Origin: Candidatus Poribacteria bacterium
GTDB taxonomy: Bacteria > Poribacteria > WGA-4E > JAJDTR01
Length of the DNA: 64,000 bases
Direction: 5' to 3'
Assembly (NCBI GenBank): GCA_965222225.1
Contig: CBDCTK010000002.1
Location: 1,664,001-1,728,000 of the forward strand
Below, one piece after another: positions 52,323 through 63,800 of this stretch (its first letter is position 1; the number at the start of each line of letters is the position of its first letter). The position numbers and the translations under genes were made by a program. Under the pieces are notes generated by a model. That model saw nothing but the letters and a program-made list of their open reading frames with translations. It searched no databases and had not been told where the DNA came from.

Positions 52323-52721
52323 ATGGGTGGTGTAACCGCCAACGTGATCGTCAGCAACCCAGCCAATCGAAATAGGCGCTGGGAGGGCCAATTTTTAGTT
52401 GACACAGGTGCGACTGACAGCCTTGTCCCACGGCAACACTTGGAAGCCATCGGCATTCGACCCGAAGGACAGCGAACCTACGTACTGGCAGACGGTACCG
52501 AAATCCGGATGGATATTGGCGTGGCGCGAATCGAACTCCTGGGAGAAATCGGGGGAAGTACCGTACTTTTCGGGGATGAAAGGGCGGAGCCTCTGCTTGG
52601 CGTTACGGCGTTGGAGTCCTTGGGAATCGAAATCGATCCGCTTAACCAGCAACTGAAGAAGTTGCCTGCCGTGCGGCTTAAGTACATCGGACGAGGTTGT
52701 AGAAAAAGAATGGAAAATTGA
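52323..52721 (+). CDS. Clan AA aspartic protease
   Basis: FLVDTGATD, EPLLG..ALE. Confidence 0.85.
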   Translation: MGGVTANVIVSNPANRNRRWEGQFLVDTGATDSLVPRQHLEAIGIRPEGQRTYVLADGTEIRMDIGVARIELLGEIGGSTVLFGDERAEPLLGVTALESLGIEIDPLNQQLKKLPAVRLKYIGRGCRKRMEN

Positions 52722-52889
52722 ACAGTCCCAAGCTTGTATCAATAGTCTCGTTGAATTCAACTACACCAGTCCAGTGCTGCGGACTGCGCCACTGTGCGAT
52801 CAGTTTCAGTGTCTCTTTGCAAGGTCCCATGGTGGACAGGTAGTTTTAAGCATGGAACTCATTTCAGCAACGAAAAGGGAGTGTGTAAA

Positions 52890-54826
52890 ATGTCTTGGAA
52901 GGACGAACTCGATCCCACATCACTGCGTATCGCAATGACCGATGCCTCGCCGTTACGCGTTCTGGCGGGGCCGGGAACCGGCAAGACGCGTATTCTCACC
53001 AGACGTGTTGCTCGGCTCTTAGAAGAAAACGTGCCGCCAAAACACATATTGGTTTCAACGTTTACTCGCATGGCTGCCGCCGATCTCAAGCGTGAGTTAG
53101 AAAAACTGGAGGTTGATGGTGCATTGTCTGTATGCGCTACAACGGTGCATTCACTCTGTTTTCGTATACTTAACAGAAACGAAGTGCTAGAGGCTATAGA
53201 TTGTGTCCCTCGTCCGCTCCTTGAATTTGAAACACGCTTTCTACTCGAGGATATTAGGGACGAGGACTTCGGGATACTCAATCTACGAGAAAAACGCCTT
53301 AAGGCGTTCGAAGCGGCTTGGGCGCGACTTCAAAGTGACGAGCCAGGGTGGGCTCTCGAGCCCATAGACATGCGGTTTGAAGAACATCTACGAAATTGGC
53401 TTGAATTCCACGAAGCGATGTTGATAGGCGAGCTTGTTCCGGAAGCTCTAAGCTATTTACGCAACAACCCGCTTAGCCCACAGCGTTCTGCTTTTTCTCA
53501 CATCTTTGTTGATGAATACCAAGACCTAAATGCGTCGGAGCAAGCGCTCATCGGACTCCTTGCGGAGAATGCTAAGTTGACAATCATTGGAGATGAAGAC
53601 CAATCAATTTATTCCTTTAAACATGCCCACCCAGAGGGAATCGCTGAGTTTCACGACAGACATCCGGAAACAATGGATGAGACACTGAGATTCTGCTGGC
53701 GATGTCCGCCGAATATCGTTGAAATGGCTAACCGGCTCATCTTGAAGAATCCGCGACGGGCCAATCGCAAGTTGGCTTCCTTGCCTCACAATGCGGATGG
53801 CAAAGTTTACATCGCTCAGTGGGAGAGCTTGGAAAAGGAAACAAAAGGCCTTGCCAAATTCATTGAAAATCTTATCGAAGCTGAATGTGTAGATCCTGGG
53901 GAAACGCTCGTTCTCGCGCCTCGCCGACAGATTGGCTACGGCGTTCGCGATGCACTAAATGATAGGGGTATAGAAGCCCACAGTTTTTTTCAGGAAGAGA
54001 CACTTGACGGGAACCCCAAGTATTTGGAAAAATGCCAAACACAGCAGGCTTTCACGCTGCTGGCATTGGCCGCTAACCCTAAAGACAATGTCGCACTCCG
54101 CTGTTGGTGCGGATTTGGCAGTTCCAACCTCCGAGAAACGGCTTGGAAGCGCATTCAAGCTTTATGCACTGAACAAAATCTCATTCTCCCGGAAGCACTA
54201 CGCCGCGTCCAAAGTGGCGAACTCAAATTGGCCTATGGAAGTAAAATAATTGAACGGTTAAATGAACAAAAAATAGGTTGCAAGAGTTAGCGCCCCTCCA
54301 CGGGAGTGAATTGTTTGATGCTCTATTCCCGGACAACAATTCCGACTTTAAGCAGATAAGGACTTTAGCCGCGGACCTCAACTCAGACGCAGATGCAAAG
54401 CAACTCCTAGACCACCTCCGTACGAATATTACTCAGCCTGAACTGCCGACCGAAGTTGATTTCGTGCGCGTGATGAGTCTTCACAAATCAAAAGGACTGA
54501 CCGCAGACCTAGTCATCGTGATGGGTTGTATTCAAGGGCTAATCCCAAATTTGCCGAAAGATGCATCAAAGGAAGAATGTCAACTCGCACTCGAAGAACA
54601 GCGACGACTATTCTACGTATCTATAACCCGTGCTCGAAAAATCTTGGTACTTTCCAGTGTCACCAAATTGTCTTCAAAGGAAGCCCACAAAATGCGCGTT
54701 GACGTCCCTCCTCGTCGGCGCCAAGTTAAAACAATCACAACGCGGTTTATTAAGGAGCTCGGGCCCAACTGTCCAAAACCTATATCAGGGTTGGATCTTC
54801 CTTACGGAGATGTTCATCTTGATTAG
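52890..54826 (+). CDS. UvrD-like helicase (GajB-like), interrupted by a single frameshift at A6 (54268-54273)
   Basis: AGPGTGKT, DEYQD, GDEDQSIY in ORF1; SLHKSKGL, RRLFYVSITRA in ORF2. Confidence 0.8.
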
Positions 54827-54888
54827 CAACAAACGCCGCATAGAAGTCGTCTTTGCACTTTAGGGCCCTCAGAAATCCATCGGGGTAG

Positions 54889-55077
54889 TTGAACATGCCT
54901 GACGAAATCATCAAGCAACTCTGGCAAATCAAGGACAGCATCGCCCGCGAGCACGGGTACGACATTGATGCCCTTGTCGCCCATCTACAAACCAAAGAGC
55001 GGCGCGAGGGTCAACACGTCGTGGATTTACGTTCTCTTAAAGCAACCGCTGAGGCCCAGAACCTGTCGAAATACTAG
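54889..55077 (+). CDS. Small hypothetical protein
   Basis: MPDEIIKQLWQIKDSIAREHGYDIDAL; plausible helical small protein. Confidence 0.5.
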   Translation: MNMPDEIIKQLWQIKDSIAREHGYDIDALVAHLQTKERREGQHVVDLRSLKATAEAQNLSKY

Positions 55078-55288
55078 GTGCCAAGCCATTCTTAGGCGTT
55101 TGGATTGCCATTATCTGTGGGAGTTCTATCGCACTCACTATTCGCTCGCTTAATCCCGCTGGGGCTTAGTGGGCGGGGTTGCGGCATTGCTACACACCTA
55201 TCGCCCTTCTAGGGCTTTTGGCTGTATGGTGTTGCGACAAATAAATTTTTAAACACGTTCCAAAATTTGACAGCTAGGAGAATCTAGG

Positions 55289-57115
55289 ATGAAAATTAAA
55301 ACGATAACAGCTACCGACATTCCTCCTATCAAGAATTTCATGGCTGATGACTTAAAGGATTTAGTCGTCATCGCGGGGCCAAACGGAGTTGGCAAAACAC
55401 GATTAGTCGAGGCAATGTTAAGGTATTTTCAGACACCCAAACCCAACAACCGAGCGAAATACTTGACTAACCCGAGTTTTATCATTGAAGCAACCGACTC
55501 GTTCGAACGTGAGGCTTGGGGTCAACAGGAATTGGATACTACGAAGCCGGAAGAGACAGAGATCCTAAAAGGTTTTCTTCAGGGGCATCGTACAAGACGA
55601 AACCTGCGAAATAGCATTCTTAACTACGAGAGCAACCGATGGATGCGACAGACAAATTCATCGGCGTCGAAGCACTACCGCCGTGACCCATGGGAAGAAG
55701 GCATTCCGTCGAAACTCACGTTGGGGGGTCTTGGCGATCGGTGGGATGATACCGAAAACGCCATCTTCAGGAAATTAGAGTACGAAAGGACTTCCCTTGG
55801 CGATCTTGCACTTCAGATGTGGAATGAAGGACATGAATCCATGCCACTAAAATTCGATGACCCGACAACTCCTTTCACTAAGTCTTTTTTCAAGCTGTTG
55901 GGGCCAAAGTCCCTAATCAAGCCGACGCTTGACAGTCGAAAATTGATGTACACGGAAGGAGAACAGCGTTTAGGTATTGAGTCGCTTAGCAGTGGTGAAC
56001 TTGAAGTTCTCAGGATAGCCCTTGACTTTGTTCTTCGCGAACCTTCGCACTGTATCGTCTTCTTTGATGAGCCGGAGTTGCACCTACATCCGGAACTGCT
56101 ATCCCGTCTGATAATGACACTTCGAGATGTCGGAGAATCCAATCAATTCATTCTCGCAACACATTCCGCGGAACTCATTTCCTCCTCCCTAGACGAATCA
56201 GTCATATTCCTTACGCCGCCCAAAGAGGACAGTGGCAATCAAGCCGTGAAGATTGAGCCTACAGGCGATGTAGCAGAAGCATTGCACCAACTTGGTCAAT
56301 CTCTTGGTGTTGTTTCGTTGGGCAAAAAGATTGTTCTCATAGAAGGTTGCCATGCGAGCTTGGACAAGAAGACCTATGGACAGATAGTTAAGGACAAATT
56401 TCCGGAGCTTGTGCTTCTGCCAAGCGGTGGCAAAAATACTTTGTCATCATTTGGTACAATTTCCTCGGAAGTGCTTAATAAGTCTTTATGGGGAATCCGA
56501 TTTTTTATGTTGGCAGACCGAGATGCGGTTACCGGGGCCCAACCGACTGCAACCGACCACTTTCGGATGTTGAGCCGATACCATTTAGAGAATTACTTCC
56601 TTAACGCTGAGATACTGTGTCGGTGCTTTGATGGAATGGTACATGAAGACTCTTGGCTTTACTCGATTGAAGAGATAGAAAGACGTTTGCGAGAAATTGC
56701 ACGAAGTCAAATAGGTTACGCGGTTAGTCTTGTGGTGTCAAAAAAACTTTGTGATTCAACTGGAAATGTCAGCGTCAAGCCAAAGGGTTGCCATAAGATG
56801 GATATGGTTACACTTGTCGATGCTTTCTCAGAAAAAGCCGAGGCTGAAAAACAACGTGTTACAACGGCACTACACGACGACCCCGTTCGGGAATTGGTAC
56901 AACACACTTACGAGGGATTTGAAAATTTACTGAAAACACCGGGTGATGCTTGGAAAATGCAGTTCCCCGGCAAGTGTATTCTTTTACCCTTCTGTGGAGA
57001 AGCTGGAGTAAAGGACAACTACCTAAAGAATCTGTATATTCAAAAATCAAGAGAAGCTGATACCAATCCGTTTCAGGAGATTATTGATATATTTTCCTCA
57101 TTTGCGCAAGCATGA
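55289..57115 (+). CDS. OLD-family ABC ATPase-TOPRIM nuclease (GajA-like)
   Basis: GPNGVGKT, LSSGE, FFDEPELHLHP, ATHS; TOPRIM VLIEG and DRD; LENY. Confidence 0.8.
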   Translation: MKIKTITATDIPPIKNFMADDLKDLVVIAGPNGVGKTRLVEAMLRYFQTPKPNNRAKYLTNPSFIIEATDSFEREAWGQQELDTTKPEETEILKGFLQGHRTRRNLRNSILNYESNRWMRQTNSSASKHYRRDPWEEGIPSKLTLGGLGDRWDDTENAIFRKLEYERTSLGDLALQMWNEGHESMPLKFDDPTTPFTKSFFKLLGPKSLIKPTLDSRKLMYTEGEQRLGIESLSSGELEVLRIALDFVLREPSHCIVFFDEPELHLHPELLSRLIMTLRDVGESNQFILATHSAELISSSLDESVIFLTPPKEDSGNQAVKIEPTGDVAEALHQLGQSLGVVSLGKKIVLIEGCHASLDKKTYGQIVKDKFPELVLLPSGGKNTLSSFGTISSEVLNKSLWGIRFFMLADRDAVTGAQPTATDHFRMLSRYHLENYFLNAEILCRCFDGMVHEDSWLYSIEEIERRLREIARSQIGYAVSLVVSKKLCDSTGNVSVKPKGCHKMDMVTLVDAFSEKAEAEKQRVTTALHDDPVRELVQHTYEGFENLLKTPGDAWKMQFPGKCILLPFCGEAGVKDNYLKNLYIQKSREADTNPFQEIIDIFSSFAQA

Positions 57116-57152
57116 TGAATTCTTAACCGATTTTCTATCGGCACACAAAACT

Positions 57153-60100
57153 ATGCCCACTAACGACAAACGCCTCATAGAGGTCGCCTTTCCGCTCAAG
57201 CAGGTCTCGCTCGACTCGGTGCACGAGAAGAACGTGCGGCATGGCCACGTCTCCACGCTCCACATTTGGCCCGCGCGTCGACCGCTAGCAGCCGCGCGAG
57301 CCGCGCTCATCGCCACACTCCTACCCGACCCCGGCAACGACGACGAACGGAAGAAAATCTTGGAGCGCATGGCTGGCAAAGTCGTCGAGAAGACCGAACG
57401 CAAGCGCCTGAACGGCAGGGTCATAGAGAAGACCAAAGAGGTAACCGAGGGCGGCATCCTTCATTGGGGCAGAGAGAACGGCGACGCACTCCAGTGGTTC
57501 CGCGACGAGATTCGCAAAGCCTACGGCGGACGCGCTCCCAAGGTGCTGGACCCGTTTGCCGGCGGCGGCGCTATCCCGCTCGAAGCCATGCGCCTCGGCT
57601 GCGAGGTCACCGCCATGGATATCAACCCGGTGGCGTGGTTCATCCTGAAGTGCACGCTGGAATACCCCCAGAAGCTGGCAGGACAGACGCGACTGCTGCC
57701 CGAGTTCGCGGTGGCGGACCGCGACTTCATGGAGTCCTTCCTGAAAGCCAAGGGGTACAAGAGCGACAGGTTGCGGACAGCCCTCCAACGTCTGGGTCAC
57801 GGCGATGGCGGCGAAACCCAATTGGAACACCTCCCCCCCGACGATTCGTTGCTCGAAGCCGACCTGGCGTGGCATGTCCGCGCTTGGGGCAGGTGGGTGC
57901 TGGCAAAAGCACGGGCGGAGTTGGCGCCGTACTACCCCACCTACGCCGAATACGAGCCGCTTGACCCCGACGCCGACTTTGAGCCGGAACCTCCGCGGCT
58001 TTTGAAGGTTGATAAGGACGGCGTGCCCCAACTCGATCCGCTCAACGCCGAATTCAACGACGACTACCTCAACGACCCGCGCAACCCGCGCTGGATCGCC
58101 AAGCCGACGGTCGCCTACCTCTGGGCGCGCACCGTGACGTGCAAAGGCTGCCGCGCCACGCTGCCCCTGCTCAAAACGCGCTGGCTGTGCAAGAAGGAGC
58201 GGAAGCGCGTGCTGCTGACGATGGAGGCGAACGCCGAGGGAACCGGCGTTGTGTTCGGCGTCGAAACAGACGTACCCCAAAACGGCGGGAACGGCGCGCA
58301 ACGACGGGAAAACGACAAACGTCTCGGAGCGGGCACCATGTCCCGTACCGGCGCCACCTGCCCCTGCTGCAAGATGATTATGACGATGGAGGATATTCGC
58401 CTTGAGGGACGCGCCGAGCGCCTGGACGCGGAGATGACGGCTGTCGTGGTGAAGGGGAAAAAGGGAAAGGAATACCGCCTACCGACCAAACATGAACGCG
58501 CTGTAGCGGAAGTGACGGAGGAGAAACTTCAATCCCTCTACGCAGACATCCCCTTCGGCTTGCCGGATGAGCCTTTGCCAAGAAAAGGCACGCTAGGGTT
58601 CAGTGTTCCGCTATATGGATTCAACTCGTGGAAGGAGTTGTTCACGAATCGGCAGCTTGCTACGCAGTGTGCTATTATCAAAGCGATAATCGATTCTAAG
58701 CCCGAAATTGAAACGGTACATGGCAATGGTATTGCGGATGCAATCGTGGGTTTCTTGGCGTGCATTATGGACCGTCAAGCAGACTACGGGAGCGCGGGTT
58801 GTATCTGGGTCAACGCCCACGAGAAAATTGGTCATCAGTTCAGTCGCTATGCACTGCCAATCATGTGGGACATCGCTGAAGTCTGCCCGTTCACTAGTGC
58901 ATCTGGTGGTTTAGAGAGCGCTTATGAGTGGGTGACAAGGGTCATCGATCATCTACAGGCAGCAGTCAAGCATACATCAGAACCTGCGGTGGCGTTGAAA
59001 TCGGCAATTGAGGGACAGAAAGGTCGCTATGATGTTATTGTCACTGATCCGCCGTATTATGACGCCATCCCGTATTCCGACCTAATGGATTTCTTCTATA
59101 TCTGGCTTCGACGCCTCGCGCACAGTTGTTCGGACGAATTGCGAAGTGCTTTTCTGTCTCCGGTGGGACCCAAGTGGAATGCGGAAGACAACGACGGAGA
59201 ATTGATCGATGATTCAAGCCGCTTTGAAGGGGATAAGGTACAATCAAAGCGCAACTACGAAAATGGAATGGAACGCGCCTTTAGGGCGTGCTCTGAGGCG
59301 CTTGTGCCTGACGGACGACTTGTCGTCGTTTTTGCCAGTAAAAATCCCGATGCTTGGGAGACCCTTGTAGCCGCCCTGATTCGAGCAGGTTTCGTGGTGG
59401 ATGGCTCTTGGCCCATCCAGACGGAGCGACAGGGGCGATTGCGAGCTGTGAGTTCCGCAGCCCTCGCATCGTCTGTCTGGCTTGTCTGCAAAAAACGCAC
59501 ATCTGCCCGCCCCGGTTGGGACAACGTTGTACTTGACGACATGCGGAGGAACATAACGCAACAACTCCACGACTTCTGGGACGCCGGCATTCGGGGACCC
59601 GACTTCGTGTGGGCGGCGACAGGTCCCGCCTTGGAAGCCTTCAGCAAGCACCCGGTCGTCAAGAAGGCAACCGCTCAGGACGAATTGATGACTGTCTCCG
59701 AGTTCCTACGCGAGGTGCGGCGGATGGTCGTCGACTTCATCGTCGGTCAAGTCCTGACGCAGGATGGCGAGGCGGAGTTCACAACCGGGCTAGACGATGT
59801 GACCACGTACTACCTGCTCCACCGTCACGACTTCAAGATGGCGGATGCCCCCGTCGGCGCCTGCATCCTCTACGCGCTGTCGTGCAACCTTTCCGATGCC
59901 GCGCTCGTCAACCAGCACGACCTCCTGAGCCAATCGGGAGCGGGAAGCGCGGATGAAACGCCTGAAGCCGAGGAGGCCGAGGAGGCGGAAAGCGGGGGCG
60001 GCGCCAAGGTCAAACTCAAACCGTGGCAGCGGCGCCAACGGCGCAACCTCGGTCTTGAAGCGCCGAGCGGCCAACCGGTGCCGCTCATCGACCAAGTGCA

Positions 60101-60338
60101 CAAGTTAATGCACCTCTGGCGCGCCGGCGATCAGGTCAAGGTGGACGACTACCTTGGCGACCATGGGCTGCAGCGCAACACGCTTTTCAATCAGATTCTT
60201 CAGGCGCTTATCGAGTTGGCGGACGAGGGTTCCGAGGAACGATCGATTCTTGAGGCGTTGAGCAACCACGTCGTCGCGCAAGGGGACGCTCGGGAGTCGG
60301 GTCAGGGGATGTTGCCGTACGCGGAGAACGCGCAATGA
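57153..60338 (+). CDS. DUF1156-domain adenine DNA methyltransferase with Zn ribbon
   Basis: LHIWPARRPL, DPFAGGG, CKGC...CPCC, TDPPYYD. Confidence 0.92.
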   Translation: MPTNDKRLIEVAFPLKQVSLDSVHEKNVRHGHVSTLHIWPARRPLAAARAALIATLLPDPGNDDERKKILERMAGKVVEKTERKRLNGRVIEKTKEVTEGGILHWGRENGDALQWFRDEIRKAYGGRAPKVLDPFAGGGAIPLEAMRLGCEVTAMDINPVAWFILKCTLEYPQKLAGQTRLLPEFAVADRDFMESFLKAKGYKSDRLRTALQRLGHGDGGETQLEHLPPDDSLLEADLAWHVRAWGRWVLAKARAELAPYYPTYAEYEPLDPDADFEPEPPRLLKVDKDGVPQLDPLNAEFNDDYLNDPRNPRWIAKPTVAYLWARTVTCKGCRATLPLLKTRWLCKKERKRVLLTMEANAEGTGVVFGVETDVPQNGGNGAQRRENDKRLGAGTMSRTGATCPCCKMIMTMEDIRLEGRAERLDAEMTAVVVKGKKGKEYRLPTKHERAVAEVTEEKLQSLYADIPFGLPDEPLPRKGTLGFSVPLYGFNSWKELFTNRQLATQCAIIKAIIDSKPEIETVHGNGIADAIVGFLACIMDRQADYGSAGCIWVNAHEKIGHQFSRYALPIMWDIAEVCPFTSASGGLESAYEWVTRVIDHLQAAVKHTSEPAVALKSAIEGQKGRYDVIVTDPPYYDAIPYSDLMDFFYIWLRRLAHSCSDELRSAFLSPVGPKWNAEDNDGELIDDSSRFEGDKVQSKRNYENGMERAFRACSEALVPDGRLVVVFASKNPDAWETLVAALIRAGFVVDGSWPIQTERQGRLRAVSSAALASSVWLVCKKRTSARPGWDNVVLDDMRRNITQQLHDFWDAGIRGPDFVWAATGPALEAFSKHPVVKKATAQDELMTVSEFLREVRRMVVDFIVGQVLTQDGEAEFTTGLDDVTTYYLLHRHDFKMADAPVGACILYALSCNLSDAALVNQHDLLSQSGAGSADETPEAEEAEEAESGGGAKVKLKPWQRRQRRNLGLEAPSGQPVPLIDQVHKLMHLWRAGDQVKVDDYLGDHGLQRNTLFNQILQALIELADEGSEERSILEALSNHVVAQGDARESGQGMLPYAENAQ

Positions 60339-60805
60339 AACCGAGTTTTTTCCTGAAAACTCGGTTTCTTACTTCGATAATCCCGTAGGGTGCGATTGGT
60401 GATTATTAAGCACGTAGGTTGGGTTGAGCGAGACATGAAAAATCACACATCCGTGGGGCGGAAACCTTCGCGTACCGATGCTGCTTAAAGGCTCCGAAAT
60501 TGCCGCGAAACCCAACATTTCATGACACGTGGATTGGTGCTCTGAGTGTTGGGTTTCACTATAGATATCCCACAAGAAAATCTGCGTGACAAGCAGTCGC
60601 ATGGGACAGCACAAGGGAGGGACTTCTATCGCACGGGGTCTACTATCGCCTTCGTTGGCCACTCAGTTGATTCCTACAAATGCGCTCTTAATGCGTGAAA
60701 TCCTTAAATCTGTGATAATTTGTGACAATCTGTGATTCAGACAACTGCCAAAACCTCAACAACTAGACAAGAAATAGTCCTTCACCGAACGAGGATAACA
60801 CGAAG

Positions 60806-63800
60806 ATGAAATCGACATGGAAACCCTGGCACCACGTCGTCCTACTGCGTGACGATCTCAGAACGGGTGAACTTTCGTTGGCAGTGTTTGCCGCCGACCT
60901 GTACGACGTGGTGATGCAAAAGGGTAAGCGCTCGGTTTACGAGGATCCTACCGAGTTCTTTACCCTCACGTATCCCACGTACAACCTGCGGGAATTGGTC
61001 AAGGATGTCTCCCTGCGGTTGGCGCGCCAGAGCGACAAGGCGTACCGCACACTCTCCGTCAACTACGGCGGCGGCAAGACGCATACGCTAATCACGCTCA
61101 AGCATCTGGTAGAAGACCCCGCCGCATTGCCGAAGTTGCCCGCAATCGAGGAGTTTGAAGCGCACATCGGACAAAAGCCCCCATCGGCTCGGTGCGCCGC
61201 GCTGTGTTTCGACAAGATTGATCTGGAAAAGGGCGTCGAAACACTCGCGCCCGACGGGTCGGTTGCGACGCTCAAACGTCCGTGGAGCATTCTCGCTTAT
61301 CAGATCGCGGGCGGGGAGGGGCTGCGGCTGCTTCACGCCGATGGCAAAGAACTTGAGCGCGATACGCCGCCGGCAGAACCCGTGTTATCGGAGCTGTTGT
61401 CAAAGCCGCAACGGGACAATCTCGCAACGCTGGTGCTCCTCGACGAGGTGCTCATGTACCTTCGCGACATGGTCGAAAGCGACGGGAGTTGGCGGGGGCG
61501 TCTCATCAGTTTCTTCCAACACCTCACAAATTCAGTCGTAAAGGTGGACCGTTGCGCCATGGTGGCGTCGTTGCGCGCCTCGGATCCAAGGAAGCACGAC
61601 AGCCTCGGAACTGAACTCCTCGCCGACGTGTCCGATGTCTTTGGCAGGCAGATGGAGGAGGACGCCAGTCCGGTGAGCAAAGAGGACGTGGCGGAGGTTC
61701 TCCGGCGGCGTTTCTTCAAACCGGAATCCATGCAAGAGGACGCATTCCGACCACACGTCACGTCGATTGTGCGTGGCATTGCGACGCTTGACGAGGGGAC
61801 GAAGAAGGGGCAAAAGGCGGAGGAGAAGCGATATCTCGACAGTTACCCCTTCCACCCGGGACTCACTGAAACTCTCTACACCCGCTGGACACAAGTTGAA
61901 AGATTCCAGCGCACCCGGGGCATCTTGCGCACCTTTGCCATTGCCCTGCGCGACGCGGAGAAGTGGGACACGGCGCCTTTGGTTGGGCCCAACGTCTTCC
62001 TCGCCGAACCGGGAAAGCGCGATCTTGCTGAAGCCGCGAGCGAACTCGCCTCCTTCGCCAGCGTCGATTCGGGGTCGGGTCAACAGCAGGAATGGAGACC
62101 TATTCTTGAGGGTGAACTGGAAAAGGCGGCTACCATCCAGTCCGAAGCCACCGGTTTAAGCGGCAGAGAGATAGAGCAGGCGGTCATGTCGGTATTCCTT
62201 AGCTCGCAGCCGATCGGTCAAAAGGCGCTGACGCCGGAACTGATGGTGCTGATCGGCGCGGCAAATCCGGACAAAATAGAATTGGAAAAGGCGCTTCGCC
62301 GCTGGGCAGAGTTGTCTTGGTTTCTGGACGAGCAAGAAATCGCTGCGGGGGAATCCGATGCCGGCGGCGCCACGGCGTTGCCCAAGGCGTGGCGGCTGGG
62401 AAATCGTCCCAACCTCCGTCAAATGCATCACGCCGCCTGCACCTCTCGCGTACCTCCCGAACTCGTGGACTCAAAGGTGATTGAGGCTATTGAGAAACAG
62501 AAGACTCTCACTTCAGATGCACGTGCGGCGGGGGCAAGAGTGCACAATCTTCCGCCGCGGCCGCGCGATATTGAGGACGACGGCGATTTTCACTACGCCG
62601 TGCTTGGTCCCAATGCGGTCTCGGAGTCCGGCAAGCCGAGCGCCGCAGCCAAGCGGTTCATCAACGAAACAACGGCAGCCGACCGTCCACGTGCCAATCG
62701 CAACGCTGTCGTGCTCGCCGTCCCCTCTAGGGATGGGCTTGACGTGGCTCGCAACCGCGTCCGCGAGTACCTCGGCTGGGAGGAAGTCCGAACTCAACTC
62801 AAGGGGCAACAGGTTGATCTCATCCGCGAACAGATGCTAGTCAGCGAGACGGACACGGCGCGAAAGCGCATTCCGGATGCCGTCAAGCAGGCGTACTCCA
62901 TCGTGGTGACGGTCAACGACAGCAATGAGATTCACGCCTTCAAAGTGGTGGTGCCCGACGAACCCCTGTTCACGACCATCAAAGCCGAGAAGCGATCCCG
63001 TATCCAAGAAACCGCCATCAGCGCGGAGGCGATGCTGCCCGGAGGGCCCTACGACCTGTGGCGCGAAGGCGAACAATCGCGCCGTGTCAAGGATTTGGTG
63101 GGCGCCTTCGCCCAATCCCCGAAGCTGCCCAAAATGCTGCGCTCCAAAGGGATTATGGATACCGTGGAGGGCGGCGTACAGCAGGGCATCTGGGTGGCGC
63201 AAGTCGCGCGTCCGGATATGACGACGAAGACCTTTTGGCGAACATCGATTGACGAACCCGCGCTTAAAGAACCGAGCCTTGAGGTAGTGCTTCCCGAGTT
63301 TGCAACACTGAGCGAACTGTCGTCAAGTCTCTTGAAGCATCAAGCGCTCCCGGGGCTTTGGTCATCCGCCGCGATTACCGTGCAAAATCTGTATGACTAC
63401 TTTGCGGGAGGCAATATCGTAAACATTCCAAAAGAGGGTTACGAAGAACCCCTCACCATTCCCAAATGCGAACCGGCGGATGTTGATGCCGCGGTGTTGG
63501 AAGCTGTTGAGCAGGGGACGTTGTGGTTAACGAGCGGCCCGGCATCAATCCTTAATGAAACTGTACCCCCCGGCGTGCTTAGTGCTTCGGCGTCGTTGCG
63601 GCCGCCGCCCGCCCCGATTCCCGTTCAAGAGTTGACGGATGCCGAAATCCCCGACGCTTGGCGGGATCGCAAAACCAACGCGCTCGCACTCGCTACGGCA
63701 CTCTCGAACAGGAGGGATGTAACACTTCCTTGGCACACGGTAAAGACAGCGATTAGCGGCGCCATTCAGGCGAACTGGCTCGCGGTGAGTGAGGAAAGCG

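Noticed and set aside
6625-55155. 37-bp repeat as a CRISPR direct repeat
   Set aside because: Copies are single, kilobases apart and in both orientations.
57266-58301. Long alternative-frame and antisense ORFs (also 21751-22761, 61063-63934)
   Set aside because: These are shadows of GC-rich or repetitive genuine genes.
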